From: Paraphysomonas bandaiensis
Lineage: Eukaryota; Protista; Chrysophyceae
DNA: 64,000 nucleotides
NCBI GenBank assembly: GCA_965644295.1
Contig: CBFFRP010000297.1
Location: 558,001 to 622,000 of the forward strand
Direction of reading: 5' to 3'
A program made the translations under genes and the position numbers. Under the pieces are notes generated by a model. That model did not search any database. It worked only from the letters and a program-made list of their open reading frames with translations, and was not told the origin of the DNA. Positions 25,649 to 39,200 of the stretch are shown here, in pieces (positions within the stretch are counted from its first letter, which is position 1; every line of letters begins with the position of its first letter).

Positions 25649-26338
25649 TCACGCCTCTGTGATGACCTCGCCCTCATAAGCACGGTGCTGCTCATACCAT
25701 TCGTCTTCAAGCTTCAAAATATTGCTTTCCGAATATCTCTGAATCTCGTTCATTAAGACACCGTAAACAGTTGAGGTTTCCTCCGTGGTGATCCCTCGTT
25801 CCTGAACCTCCACCCACTTTCGCTCTCTGCTGTTTCCGAGATGCTTGACAACTTCACGCATACTCACCTGCCGATTAGAGGTAACACCAACGTGGGCGCA
25901 CACCACGGCTACATGCACGTTAATTCCATCCGTCTGGTGTCGCTGTGTGGATACTCGCCCAACGGACAGTGATGCGTCCCCACTCTTCGGCATTATGAAC
26001 ACCATATCAACAGCATCCGATGAAAAAGCCTTTGAAGAAAGCTCAGCAACTAGTTTTGAGACACTGAGAGATATTCCGGCCTTTGTAAGTCCATCCATGA
26101 GATCATCAGAGGAGTGTGCAGTGAACTGAGAGGTGCTGTGTGTCACAGAGGGCTCCGATATCTCAAACACATCACGAGACTCCTCAACATTAGTTGCCTT
26201 TTGAGGAGATGCATGTTTCACAGTACTCTCGAACAGTCGAGGAAGGTTGAGGTTCTGTCGGGCAAACCTTTCTACCCAGGAAGCGTCACTAACTGACAAG
26301 TGGAGGAGCAAGAGGCCAGTGATGCAACTCAATTTCAT
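25649..26338 (-). CDS. Secreted protein type A, copy 2 (229 aa)
   Basis: Duplicate of 22405-23115, diverged mainly just after the signal peptide. Confidence 0.75.
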   Translation of the reverse strand: MKLSCITGLLLLHLSVSDASWVERFARQNLNLPRLFESTVKHASPQKATNVEESRDVFEISEPSVTHSTSQFTAHSSDDLMDGLTKAGISLSVSKLVAELSSKAFSSDAVDMVFIMPKSGDASLSVGRVSTQRHQTDGINVHVAVVCAHVGVTSNRQVSMREVVKHLGNSRERKWVEVQERGITTEETSTVYGVLMNEIQRYSESNILKLEDEWYEQHRAYEGEVITEA

Positions 26339-26663
26339 CGGCTCGGGTTGGGTTGGTTTGTTTTTAGGGGCTCGTGATGTAAATATTCAGATATTTCTGT
26401 ATTTATGAGGTTTCAGCAATCTGAAACAATTTTATGACACGTGGACAAGAGACAAATCTTGGAAAATCCCCACTTTCCCGACATGTAGGCATGTCCAGAA
26501 ACCTTCTTGGAAAATCCCCTCTTTCCTGATAGGTGGAAACAGTTCATTGTCTCGTGGACACCTGCGTCTCGTGATGATCCTAATCTTGGAGCGACAACTG
26601 TGTCTACAGTGCAGTGCAATGCAGATATTTCTTGGAGTAAATTCATAAAAGATACCATCAAAC

Positions 26664-27614
26664 ATGTTTGCAATACTGATACTGTTTCTGCTCTCCACAA
26701 ACTTGACTGAGGCAGACAAAACTGACAAAGTTTCGAAAGCACTGGAGAATGCAGGCGCATCAGCCATATCGAAAGCAGCCGGGATCCCCATTACTGAAGC
26801 AATCGCACTAGTCAAGACATCTAAGACGGAAATGATAACTGGAACAATCTCTGGACAAGGTATATCAGGATAAACAGAATGCATGAAGGAGTATGTTAAA
26901 TTCACGATAGGCCTTAAAGAATATGTCGAAGTGCATCCATTTCAGTTTAAGGGGCTGTACTTTCCTGAAGATATTCGAGAAACTGTTCTTGCCTATGTTC
27001 GAAATATTCCAACCATTGCAGAAGGGAATAAGGAGCTGCTCCAGAAAGCCCTCAGTGCAGATTTGGCTGAGGCAGATTACGTGCTTGGCTCAAGTATCGT
27101 GGGGTCTTTCAGTTTCGTCTATATTAGCTACGAATGTGCCAATCCTGAGTGCACTCTTATCCAGCTATTAATATTGGGTGCTAGTGGAAGGATGAAAAAC
27201 TTCCCAGATGTGGATATCTATCAAGTGACCAAATCAAGCGCGTTAAAATCTTCCACTTCGGTATGTAGATATCACTAACTACTACCATCCAGAAAATATG
27301 AATATATTTTCTATCAATTTCTTGGCTATAAACGTGTATATATCTTAAATAACTTGCTTAATGTATAGGTTCAATTTCGAACCCGCGAACGTGGAATCAG
27401 CATGCAAGATATTGCGGATATGTGGACCCTCATGACCCGCCCTCTACTGGGTAAATTGCCTGTCATGTTTTTAAATAAGCATATTTTATTAACGCTCTAC
27501 TATTGCGTTGTAGATTCTTCCAAATTGATTGCAGCAGGGAATGCTGAGACTGCTTTCAGATATATGCCTCCAGCTGGCAATTTGAACAGAATACTCGCCG
27601 GAAGGACTCCGTGA
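26664..27614 (+). CDS. Secreted protein type B, copy 2 (4 aa longer C-terminus)
   Basis: Duplicate of 23441-24379; GGA replaces the TGA, giving ILAGRTP*. Confidence 0.75.
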
Positions 27615-29241
27615 TAGAAGAGTATAGAGCATTGATGTAATGCTACATGACAGTGACAGAATTATTACTTAATATTCCAATTTTGGTACTTATTGTCTTA
27701 CAACAGTCGTACCATGTCTGATAGTGCTGGTAAAAAGTATGTTACTCATTATAATCACTTTTTGCAAACTTGTTGAGTTAATGTGTGATACATATACAAT
27801 TGAAGTGAGCTACGAAGTGGTGTACAATAGGTAAAGCTAATGATAGAGCAAGAATACGGTATGCATCTATATTTGTAGTACTCAATAATATGACGAAAAT
27901 ACTTGTCAAGTGCAACACATGTCACAACTGCTCTTACGGACGTCACGAAGTTTTATGTGTATTTCCTGTATGAATCAGTAGATATAAACACATATCAACA
28001 CTTGTATACATTTCAAATATGTATGCATCAATACTTGAGATTATAGATCGTTTAAAGTAACTCACTGGGCGTTGAACTATTCTACAGTTAATAAAAATTG
28101 TGTTAGACGTATTGATGCTGTCACTATAACCAACCAAATTTAGATAGGCACAATCCTGTACAGTTACGGTGTTTTAGTTTATCAAAACGTGTTTTGTAGG
28201 ATTTTATTATATTCATCTAATATTGTCTTAAGCTGCTGTATCCTTACCTAACGGCTAAAATTTAGGAAATATGAGGACTCAGGACCCTTACCAACATGTA
28301 GACGAAGCGGACATATTTGACTCTTTGATAAATTTATACACAATATTTTATACACTGCGAAAGAAGTTTTTAATCTCATTAAATGCAATGACACAGTCAA
28401 CTATATCTTTTTAGAGAAAAAAGTTTCATCGATTGGAACTCTTCACATGTCTAGAATCTATTGGAATTATCTCATTATAAACTTTCATATCCCACTCCTA
28501 ATACCATAATACTTTTACTTGTGTTCGTTATTGCCCTAGCGTAATTTCATCTAACCAATATATCTTCATACTTTTATCATTGTTGTTGTCTTGGTTATTG
28601 TGCTATTGTGCATGATGGCTAGGATTAGTAAATGGTGTGAGATGGTATATCCCTAAAGGGTTTACGAATATAACTTTGTTCGTATCACTATACAACATAA
28701 TAGGATGTAAGATGTAAGAGAATAAGTAAGTAGCGCAGAAACTTTAGTATGTTGCATAGAGCAGAAATGCTCTACGATTCTAGCATTCTTCTAGCCACTA
28801 ATTGATGCAAGGTCTCAACGCCTATTGCTAAATAATCAGACATTCACTACTACTGCTCTACGATATCAAGCATCCGTGAAGTTGATGCATAGTTAATTGA
28901 AAAGTACTACAAAACTCACATACTTAGCAATGTCATCAACGTTACTTCTGTTCTAGCTTCAGCGTTATCAATTTATTTCTATATACAAGTAGAAGAAGGC
29001 AGTGCTACATTACAGCATTACTCACCACACCACTACTAGCTATGGCTCTTCCGTTCTTAACAATGTTTGACTGTCTTAAAGGATAGTTATAAAGATGGAA
29101 TACAGAGCAGTGTGACAGGCACATCATAATCTACTTATGACCAACTGCTCAGTATTTCCACTCCTCTGCTGACAATGGTATCGTAGAATTGTGCAAAACA
29201 ATCATTTTACCCAAGTGAAATCTTATTAGTTACGCAGTAAT

Positions 29242-29621
29242 TTAGATATCCTTTCGTGTAAGGCCAGGAGGAAGAGATTGAGTTAGTTTTTCAGCCTTCT
29301 CCGCATCAGTGACCTTAAGAGTGTAGAGATACTGCACACACGTAACATATATATCAGCACATACATATAAACACAACAACAGCTATACCCTTGAGCAGCG
29401 AATTTTAAATTTTACGGCTCCTTCGCTCTTCTTAATCTTTACTGACTTGGCATCCTTTCTATTTATATGCAGTAACAGTGGCAGTGATGACAGTGTCGTA
29501 CAGGACTATCAGAGTCTTACCTGCGAGCCTTCTGCAGAAAGTCGCGAATATCACTGATAACCTTGGGCTACAAATGCAACATATTACACGGCAGAAAACA
29601 ATAATATAATGAGGTTACCAT
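29242..29621 (-). CDS. RPL38: 60S ribosomal protein L38 (eL38), 4 exons; absent from the ORF track
   Basis: Spliced translation M|[16 protein letters not shown]|[23 protein letters not shown]|[29 protein letters not shown], with canonical GT-AG introns. Confidence 0.95.
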
Positions 29622-30008
29622 ATTTGGGCTTAATGGAAATAAGACAAACTATATATGGATGGATTGCTAGTCTCAACCCCATCGCTGTGTATCACTCCGT
29701 GTACCTGGAGTACATACATACATATACGCTCTGCTGTGTCCAACAAAACATTGGCAGTCACTCACTTCCTACCTCCATAGTATCTTCTAGGGACACCCAC
29801 CACTTCAGTAGATGAACTGAATTTTCAATATCGTCTTAGAATTTGTGTTTTCAGTGTCTAATAATTCCCTATTTCTATGTCTGACTGGGAAATATCTCCC
29901 ATTTTTGCAGCCATTTTGTGTTACACAGTTATACATACACAGCAAACAAAATTAATAGGAAGAGCTAGAAATATAAACACCTTGTGAACACATGCTGTTA
30001 GCCCTACC

Positions 30009-30593
30009 ATGAAGCGTTGTCATGACAGCTCTCAAAAACAGATGAGCCGGAAGTCATTCACACTTCAAGAGCAATCTGAGCTGTGTGAGAAATGGAAAGC
30101 AACGAATGGAAAGAATTTTGGAGTATGGTGCCGAAATCATGCTGTTAAAGACGCTACAATGAGAGGGTATCTAAAGAAGGACCGGAATAATGGTTATGCG
30201 AACATAGGCGCTCACGATGCTAAGAGACAGAAAAAATCACCGTATTTTGAAGTCGAACAACGGCTAGTGGAATTCTTGAAACTCAGAAGAGAACAGTATT
30301 CCCCTGACAACTTGGGCATTTCCTACTTGCTATTGCAAGAAAAATGTTTACAGTTTGCAAACTTTTTACCGGAAGATATACGTTCGGACTTCAAAGCGTC
30401 GCCGGGCTATATCAGTAATGTTCTTAAGAGAAATGGATTTGGTGGTGTTAATTTGAATTGCGAAGGGGGTAAAGTAAACGACGAAGAAGCAGTAGCAAAT
30501 CAGGGAAACAATTCTGAGTTTAATGAATTGATTGAAAAGAATGACGCTCCAGTGGAGAGAATATTTGAATCAAGTGTCACTTACAGTATTTAA
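30009..30593 (+). mobile_element. pogo/Tc5 (CENP-B-type) transposase N-terminal HTH region, truncated before the DDE domain
   Basis: KRQKKSPYFEVEQRLVEFL...ISYLLLQEKC...FKASPGYISNVLKRNG...LNCEGG fits the CENP-B HTH; an out-of-frame RLLPRYS relic lies just past the stop (~30600). Confidence 0.8.
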
Positions 30594-30756
30594 TTTGTAA
30601 GACTACTGCCGCGGTACTCCACTAGTTCACTGGTTCACTGTACTTGTATGCATTCATGTTGATCACAATCTCTCAAAGTAATAGCATCTGTTGATATTCC
30701 AACTATGTATATAAAAATTGTATTCTAAATTAATTAATGTAATCGATGCATGCATG

Positions 30757-31100
30757 TACGAAATATTCGTGTTGCTTTGATTGAAGAGGTAGAGTATTCT
30801 GGCATAATACAGCGAAAAGCACTCTATGACAAGGGAATAGTTTGATATGACAAAACTTTTGAGTTGAGAAATATGCACTCTGATTTGGAAGCTTTAGCGT
30901 CTAGTTATAAAGAAAATTTTAACATTGAGTTTGAGTTGACGACGGATGATATTTGTCAGTTGCTAAGCCAGAATCTCATCTTCAAAATTCAAAGACCGTA
31001 CAATTTCAGATTTCAGCTGTAAGCGCTGAGAACTGAGACCACACCGTCCGAAAATATCATGACGACAAACATGAATTTGTTGGGTTTATGATCTGCTATT
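30757..31100 (+). pseudogene. Decayed duplicate fragment of an NPHP4 exon (source ~34754-35130)
   Basis: AAACTTTTGAGTTGAGAAATATGCACTCTGATT.GGAAGC.TTAGCGTCT...TTTGTCAGTTGCTAAGCCAGAATCTCAT is shared, with indels and substitutions. Confidence 0.88.
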
Positions 31101-31559
31101 TTAGGTCAACGAGCTATTGTTTGCAATACCGTTATCAAACTTCCCAAGCAATGTTTAGTTTAGGAAATGGCGATGTACTCTATACTCTAGTACCCGAATC
31201 TAAGAAGTTGAATCTCTTTTTTTTATATAATATAAGGAGCCAAACTTCAGAAACCACAACAGTAATACTTTCTAATTGGTGACAAGCCAAATAAAACTTT
31301 AGTTACTTTCGACATACCTAGTTTATATGCTTTTATGCATTTAAGGAATCGTGCAAATTCATATATTTTAGGTTTTAGGGTCTAGTGCTGCATAAACGTA
31401 TAAGCCATACTATCGCAAAACAGTGATACGAATCTACTCATGCACTATAGTATTATTATCGTTGAACACAAACAGTAACCGATGAAGTGTAGCTATGATA
31501 TAAATCGCACATGGTTTCATAACACATTTCCATTGATCCATAACACGAAAGTGGAATAA

Positions 31560-32612
31560 TTAGGCTGTGACCTTTTGCAATGATGTGGCCAACTGTATAA
31601 CCCTCATTGCCCCACGCATTCGCCTTCTGGCATTGAAAGCTTTCATATTTGGGGCAAAATGAGGCAGTGGTGCACTTTGAGATGACGCTGTCAGCCATGG
31701 ATGCTCCAGAGTTTGGGCAGCTGTCAGTCTCAATCCGGGGTCAAGAACAAGAAGCTTATCGATTAGGTCGGTAACTTCAGGTGAGACAGAATCCCAATAT
31801 GGAGATGGGTAATCGTATTCTCCTTTCTGAATAGAAACGAACAGCTTGGCATTGTCTTCATCATAAAACGGAGGAAATCCACATATTAAAATATACAATA
31901 TGACTCCAATGCTCCACATGTCAACCTCTTTTCCATAACCAGAGCTGTCGTTTCGAAGAACTTCAGGTGCCACATAGCCAGGGGTGCCACATGCAGAGTG
32001 CATAAGCTCATTGGGCTTTAGCAGCTGTGCCAACCCAAAATCTGCTAATTTGAGAGCGGCATCGGGACTAGGGCTGGTATACCTGCAGAATAAAATATTA
32101 GTGATGAAAAAAGGAAGATACGCAATTTCGCTTACAATAAATTTTCTGGTTTCAGATCCCTGTCGTACACAGTTACATATACGTTAAAATGCTTGATCTG
32201 AACTACTCTACCTGTGCACAATTCCCATGTCATGGCAGTAGCCAATCGCTGAAACAATTTGTCGTAATGCCTCTTTTGCTTCCAACTCCGAATAGTGCTC
32301 TTTTTGAACGATTCTATCAAACAGCTCTCCGCCAGACATGATTTCCATCACCATATACATATGAGTTGGACAATCAAATACTTCTTTTAGTGAGATAACA
32401 TTTGGATGCTTCACACGTTCCATGATGGCAACTTCAGTGGCGAGTGCTTGTTCATCCTCCGGAGCTAAGCATGACCTTTTTATAACTTTTATCGCCCACT
32501 TCGTATTATCAGCTTTACATGTTGCCAACTTCACAGTTGCAAAAGAGCCTTGACCCAGAACTCTTCCCATTTTATAATACTTTTCACATTCTTCCTTTCG
32601 TTTAAAAAACAT
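31560..32612 (-). CDS. Ca2+/calmodulin-dependent protein kinase (CaMK1-like), 3 exons
   Basis: LGQGSFATVK, GGELFDRIV, HRDLKPENLL (24-nt microexon 32136-32159), ACGTPGYVAPE, CaM-binding FNARRRMRGAM. Confidence 0.92.
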
Positions 32613-33291
32613 TATCACTCGTCACGATATTACAGAGAAGAACACTTATTCCATTAAATAATACACAGATAGATGTATAAACTGAGTTGATATGTTACTC
32701 AACAATGGGAGTTGATAAGACAGGAATGGGAGGGATGATAAATACTGTGCTGTGCTGTTAAGATAGTCAGAGAGACGGACAGGCGGACAGTATCATATAC
32801 ATGCAGCTCAGCTCACCTGGCATATAACTGCCGCCCTCTCAGCTATACGAATATTTCAGTCGATTTCCCACTGTATTCCCTCAAATACTGCTGTATGCAG
32901 GTACGGTATACCGTTACCCTTATACTGCTGTACTCTCTCAGTAATAGTTTAAAAGTCCGGATTTTTACAGTTCTCGCAATATTTGCAGGATTTATCAGGT
33001 TTTGGTTCCATTCGAATTCCAATTCAAATTTCTCGAGTGGAAAGTTGGTTGTGAAGTGTATCGTATATACATACACGCAGAGAGTGAGGGATCTGAACAG
33101 TTAATGGACGCATAACACACGCACTCCCCACAATCTAACCACACCAATCAACACAATGAGAACTGTGCCACGAAAATCAGTAAGCTGAAGAGATATTTAT
33201 CTTCCGCAATCAGCTGTAGTTTACTGTATACGTATATATAGAGACATCTAGTCATAGCAGCGTTTGACTTTGACTGTAATTGAATTATAAC

Positions 33292-36200
33292 ATGAGTAAA
33301 AACCACTCCAGTGGGAACAATAGAGAGTCAAAGGGTAGTAAACGAAGTAGTGAGTCCGCTCGTGGTGCTATTATACAGGCCTCTGCTCCAGTCAAGGCTG
33401 TACAAGTTGATAAAGTAGTGAAGCGGAAGCAGAAATGGATATCATTTATGAAACCCCGTACTGTGTTAGGATTCGAGAAGCTTCCAAGGAATCTTGTTCC
33501 TGTTATGGGTGGACAACTTCGTGGATTATCATTATGCTTCGAAAAAATTCAAGGGTGGTCTGTCCCTGTTCATATTTTACATGATATTGACAGCAATGAC
33601 TTTGAAGTGACTGTGCAGTTGAGTCTGTCAATGTTTCATGTAAAGTCGAAGACATTTTTTGGTTCAACATGGATGGGTTCGAGTGTGCCGATTTGGGGCT
33701 CTAATAGAGACACTGTTCCAGATGTTGTGGATATCGATTATGGTGAAATAGTGTATATGACATCCCATTTGACAGACCCATCATGTGTTGCTGTTGCTGA
33801 AATTGTTGTCTCCAAGATTGACAAGGAAAAAAACGTTCTTGTCGATCAACATGGGTATAACTAGCACCTTATTTTATATGGTACTCTGTAATTTATTATA
33901 TGTGTAGGTGTGGTTGGACTATGGTTCCGTTGTTTGCCAATAACGTGAATGCTGTCGATGTATCTTTGGGCTACCTTGCCAGCCAACAGCGGGTATAATC
34001 AAATTGCACTTTCTTTTTAGAGACTGATGTGTATTATAGACAAGTGCATTGTATACTGGCAGCCCAAGAGATTTACTAGCTTACGATGTAGTTGAAAAAG
34101 GACCGAATGAATTGCAAGGCTGTACACTCCACTATCGTTTGTTTCAACACAACAAGCTACTAAGAGCTAAGAAACTTGTGTCAGAAAATGAAATTATTGG
34201 GAGGTAGTGTACATTTATTGATATATATGAGTTTATTTCTATGTAAGGTTCGAAGTTGTTGCTGGGCTAGCTCAAAAAACCGTCACACTTCCGGGGGAGT
34301 TGCGATCGCGGCGTATTTCGTGTATTGGAGACAACGAAGAAGTTGGAGATAAAAAGGGTGTTTATGTAACACCTGCCACTCCTCAATTGCTAGAGCCATT
34401 ACGTCTTCAAATAATTGAGTGGCATCTTCTTATCCCGAATAGGGTGGAGTACGAGTCTCGTATTCGAACGCAAGTGACTAAGCGAATTAACAATATTGAT
34501 GCTTCTAAGTCCAGAATAACCTCCAGAAGACTGAAACTTGGTACGATTTGTTGATTTTCTTTACATATGTCTAATGTGTTCCAGGTATTCATAATGGGCA
34601 CCGGGTCATCAGTAATAATGGGGAGTGGACCACTATTCAACTGGAGCATGATGAAGATGACCCGGATGTGCTGCTGACACCAGATGATCTGATGACCATT
34701 GACATAGGTGGTTACTTTGCTCATGAGCTAGTAGCTCTAGTAATGCTGGTGGAATACGAAGTTGGTGTTCCTTTGATTGAAGAAGTAGAGTATGGTGCAC
34801 AAACTACAGTAAAAAGCACTCAACGGCATGGGAATAGTTTGATATCGACCGTTACAATAGGCGGAGCTGCTTATATTCCGTTCAATGGCCAAACTTTTGA
34901 GTTGAGAAATATGCACTCTGATTCGGAAGCGTTAGCGTCTGACGATAACGAAGATCTTAATATTGAGCTTGAGCTGACGACGGATGATGTTTGTCAGTTG
35001 CTAAGCCAGAATCTCATATTCAAAGACCGTACAACTACAGTTGTAAGCGCTGATGCTGAGAATACTCCGTCCGAAAGATATCATGACGACAAAGTTGACT
35101 CTAGTAGTGAACTCATTGCAGGATTTGACTTAAAGGTTTTTGATAAACGTACTGAGTACAAAGATGGAGACGAATATACCCATGAAGGCATCGATGAATG
35201 GGATGATGTCAGTAAAGAAGGAAAAAAACCCGACCACAAGCCTAAAATTCGCCCATCTACAAAGAACAAGTACATTGATGATGATGTCATGTCAGTTTCC
35301 ACTCCGTCCATTGTCACAGGGGGATCCGATGCATCAGCACTTCGGCTGGATTGCAGATTTTATCAATACGATCAAGATGATGTGTCGAGCATTGAAAATG
35401 TTGTACAGACTAGACCTGACAAGTTGTTAACTGTCGTTCCTGGACAGTCATCGCTTCTTTCTCGATCCTTACAGACATTTCTTGGGAAGTCCACCGAACG
35501 AGTTTATTTGAAAGATAAGGATAGAGATCGTGGAAGTGACATCCTTGAAGATCGTCGCGGTGATGAGCGCAGCATTGTCAAGGCTCCTATTTCGCGGAGT
35601 GCAGCCCCGGTAATGGCAGTGTCCGGAAGTAGCCCATATGTTCGAGACATATCGCGGGCATCACGGTCTCGACTTAGTCGACATGGATTTGTTGACTCTG
35701 CGGTAGATAGTTCTATTGCGTTGCAAAAACGGCCATATATTGATAATACAATGGATTCTACGAAAGCTGGATTGTCAAATGGTGTGCTGCCTGTGGACGT
35801 CGAATTAGAAGCCAATGATAGTTTGTCCATGCACGAAATAAATATTCAGTTTGCAGCTTATCGTGCAGCTCCAACATTTGTTGGCACATCACCACGATCG
35901 GTGTATTTTAGTTATCAGTTCTTTTCTTTTCGCCCAACTAGAACAGAAGTGATGCGTTTGCTGCCGACATCAGATAAAGGTGAATTTAGTGTTCTTGTTA
36001 GAGAGGAGTCCACCACCTCCCGCAATGAAGTACCACTTGTATTGCGATATATGGTGGATGGATCATCCGTCTCTTCTTTAGAAAATTATGACCTTGCGGA
36101 ATATTTAGCACACCGTAGCCTTTTTATTGATGTTTGGGACGCGAATTCTTTAATGCTCGTAGGTACAGCCTCTGTCCCACTACGAAAGGTTATGCGACAG

Positions 36201-39200
36201 GGCAAACCGCAGACAAAATGTACATTAGAATGCGATGTAATATGTAGTGATACACATATGCACATTGACCACAGAGGGATTTGTACTACTGTGATCTGCG
36301 ATGGTTGTCCGCCTCAGGGTTCCGTTGTGGGTTCTATCCAACTCATCATCTCGAATACTGGAAGCGAGGGAAAGTCGCTAGATGCACGCGCAGATTCCAA
36401 ATCGGCATCTAGAGTTGATGTTGACCGTGCACATGAGCTGAATTGGAGAGCTTGCTCTGTATCTAAGTCCTCTAGAACTGTGAGAAAGCGACCACAGAAT
36501 TCTGTGAGAGCGAAGCCATTGTCCGAGAATTCGCCCGAGCTGTATAGAGTACTCGAGGATCATCGACATACTAACGACGCTAAGTTTGCATCAATGAGAT
36601 CCCTGTCTGCAATTCGTGGAGGAGAAGGAATGCATACTCTTACGTACGATGATGTGATCATATTGTTCAAGCGTTTCCAGGGCTCCGTTAAAGGCACGAT
36701 TCAGTATGATGGACCAATGATGAAACTGCTGGACGTCCCGTCGTGGTCTGTGACGATACGAAAATTAGTAAAACTTTACAAGAAAACTGGCTCCCAAGGG
36801 GACACACTGAGGAAGGTAGTTTTGCGTATTTTTTTGTAACATATCGCTTATATTGTACTCAGAAATTGATGGAGTACGCCGATGCCTCTGGGTGTTTGCG
36901 CGTATCTGACTTTGAAGAAGTATTGACAAACATTTTTGCGCGGTATGGTATTGCGTGCAGAACTGAGGAAATATCGATTATTGCTAAAAAAGTTGCTAAA
37001 TTTGGTAGAAATTCAAGTACTTCCGAAACAATGACGATTGTGCCAGATGATTTTTTGAACTTTTGCGTGCGTGAAGCAGATAGACAAGACTGGGCAATGG
37101 CATCTCGTCGCGTCAAGCGTGCTATTCAGAAAGCAACTCTGAGTGGGGTTGATGTTGAACAGCTTCTCGCTGAAAAAGACGACGTCGGAAACGACATGAT
37201 ATCTATTCCTGACTTCAAACTGTTCTTAAAAGGCATGTCGAAGTATGGAAAGGTCAGTGCGATGGATATTGATGTGCTGGCTAGACACTTTGCCAAAGAT
37301 GTGCCCAATGTGTCAACACCTATGATATCATTGAAAGAAATTGCCGCCTTCATAGGAAAATCATATGTTGGAAACGTTGAAGCACGGCTTCGAAATGTTA
37401 TACTATCACATGGCAACAGTGACAAGAGTAAACCGTCTATATGCAAGGAAACGGCTCTCTTATTAGCAGGATATTCGGATAGTCGTGAAGAGCAAAGTAG
37501 CCGTATGGATTCCAAATCAATTGGGGAAAAGTTTCGGATTCACATATCTGTCGATGATATGGAGAGCCGTTTGAAGCGACTAGGGGCTTACGACGTTTTA
37601 AGTCACGATCAAGTAAGGAATTTGCTGTTTAAAGTATCAGAGACTGCTAGCACTAATGGACAGGGCAATTTGTCTCCTGTGGAATTGATAAATTATTTGA
37701 AGATTGATGTTTCTGGGGTAATATCTACGAGTCAGGAACGTGTCACAAGCCGTCCGGCATGCGCAGAGGATTTGCTTCGTATGCTTCTAGATCGTGCAAG
37801 CAACGACGGCGCAACGATTGATCAAGCGTTTCGTCATTTTGACACGGATGGGGACGGGTTTATTACAGAATCCGAATTGCTGCAGGGTTTAGATACACTT
37901 CACGTGTTTGACAGCATCCCTAATTGGAAAAGCGAGGTTCCTAGCATTGTTGCAAAATTTGATAAATCGGGAGACGGGGCAGTGTCCCTGAACGAGTTTT
38001 TCATGTATCTTGGTGCTGAAAAGTATATTCCGAATATAATGCAAAGAATGACTAAAATATTTGCGACGTCCAATGTTCCGCTGCAAGACATTTTTTCAGT
38101 ATTTGACTCCAAGAATCAAGGGTTTCTTACAGTAGAAGATCTTCGATCTGGGTTGGAAGAAATTGGAGGGTTTCAAGAAGTTTCAAACGAAGATATTGAG
38201 TCTATTATTTCGCATTTCGACGATGACGGAGATGGGCAGATATCTTTATCCGAATTTATTTCGTATTTTGGAGAAAGGGTAAAGCAGGCGAAAAAAGAGA
38301 GAAAGGAGAAAAAGATAGTCAGATTACAGCGGCGATTTCGAGAGGTTATCACCGCAGTGGTTGAAGACGGTGGCACTCTGGAGCAAATATTCGATCATTT
38401 TGACAAAGACAGCGGAGGCTCTCTCTCCACTGATGAACTGGCATCTGGGCTACGATCATTAAAGCATTTCAACAAACTGACCAGTGACGATACACGTGAC
38501 CTTATTTCATTACTTGACACTGATAAGGATGGTACTATTTCATTTAGTGAGTTCAAGCAGTTTGTTTCGGGATCAAATTCGTCTGCGCGGCCTGCTCTTA
38601 CGAGGCTTGATAGCTTCTCCTCGAAGAGTCGCCCTATCATCGAACGACTCCACGATATTGTAATGAGTGCCAAAGCTAAAGGCAAGAGTCCCGATGATGT
38701 ATTTTCCCACCTGGATAAAAATAAAGATGGAACATTGACGTTGGAGGAGCTCAAAGAAGGTTTAAAAAGAATTCGTTATTTTGCCAAGCTTGATGACGAT
38801 GATTACAAGGAGTTATTTCGCACAATTGACTATGACAATAGCGGTGAAATTTCTGTATCAGAATTTATTGATGTAGTTGTGAACTGTAAGTTACCTGCTG
38901 CGACGCTGAAGCAGGAAAGTACTATTTCTAGGTCGCCTATATTGACGAGGCTCCACGATATTGTAATGAGTGCCAAAGCTAAAGGCAAGAGCCCCGATGA
39001 TGTATTTGCCCATCTGGATAAAAATAAAGATGGAACATTGACGTTGGAGGAGCTCAAAGAAGGTTTAAAAAGAATTCGTTACTTTGCCAAGCTTGATGAC
39101 GATGATTACAAGGAGTTATTTCGCACAATTGACTATGACAATAGCGGTGAAATTTCTGTATCAGAATTTATTGATGTCGTAGTATCCGGACGCCCTTCTG

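Larger units (their letters stand above)
21510..28153. repeat. Recent tandem segmental duplication (copy 1 ~21510-24928, copy 2 ~24929-28153) carrying a divergent gene pair
   Basis: Near-identical sequence at an offset of ~3.22-3.24 kb; both units start ATATCTGCATTAATTAATTGATGTC followed by family-A repeat sequence. Confidence 0.95.
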
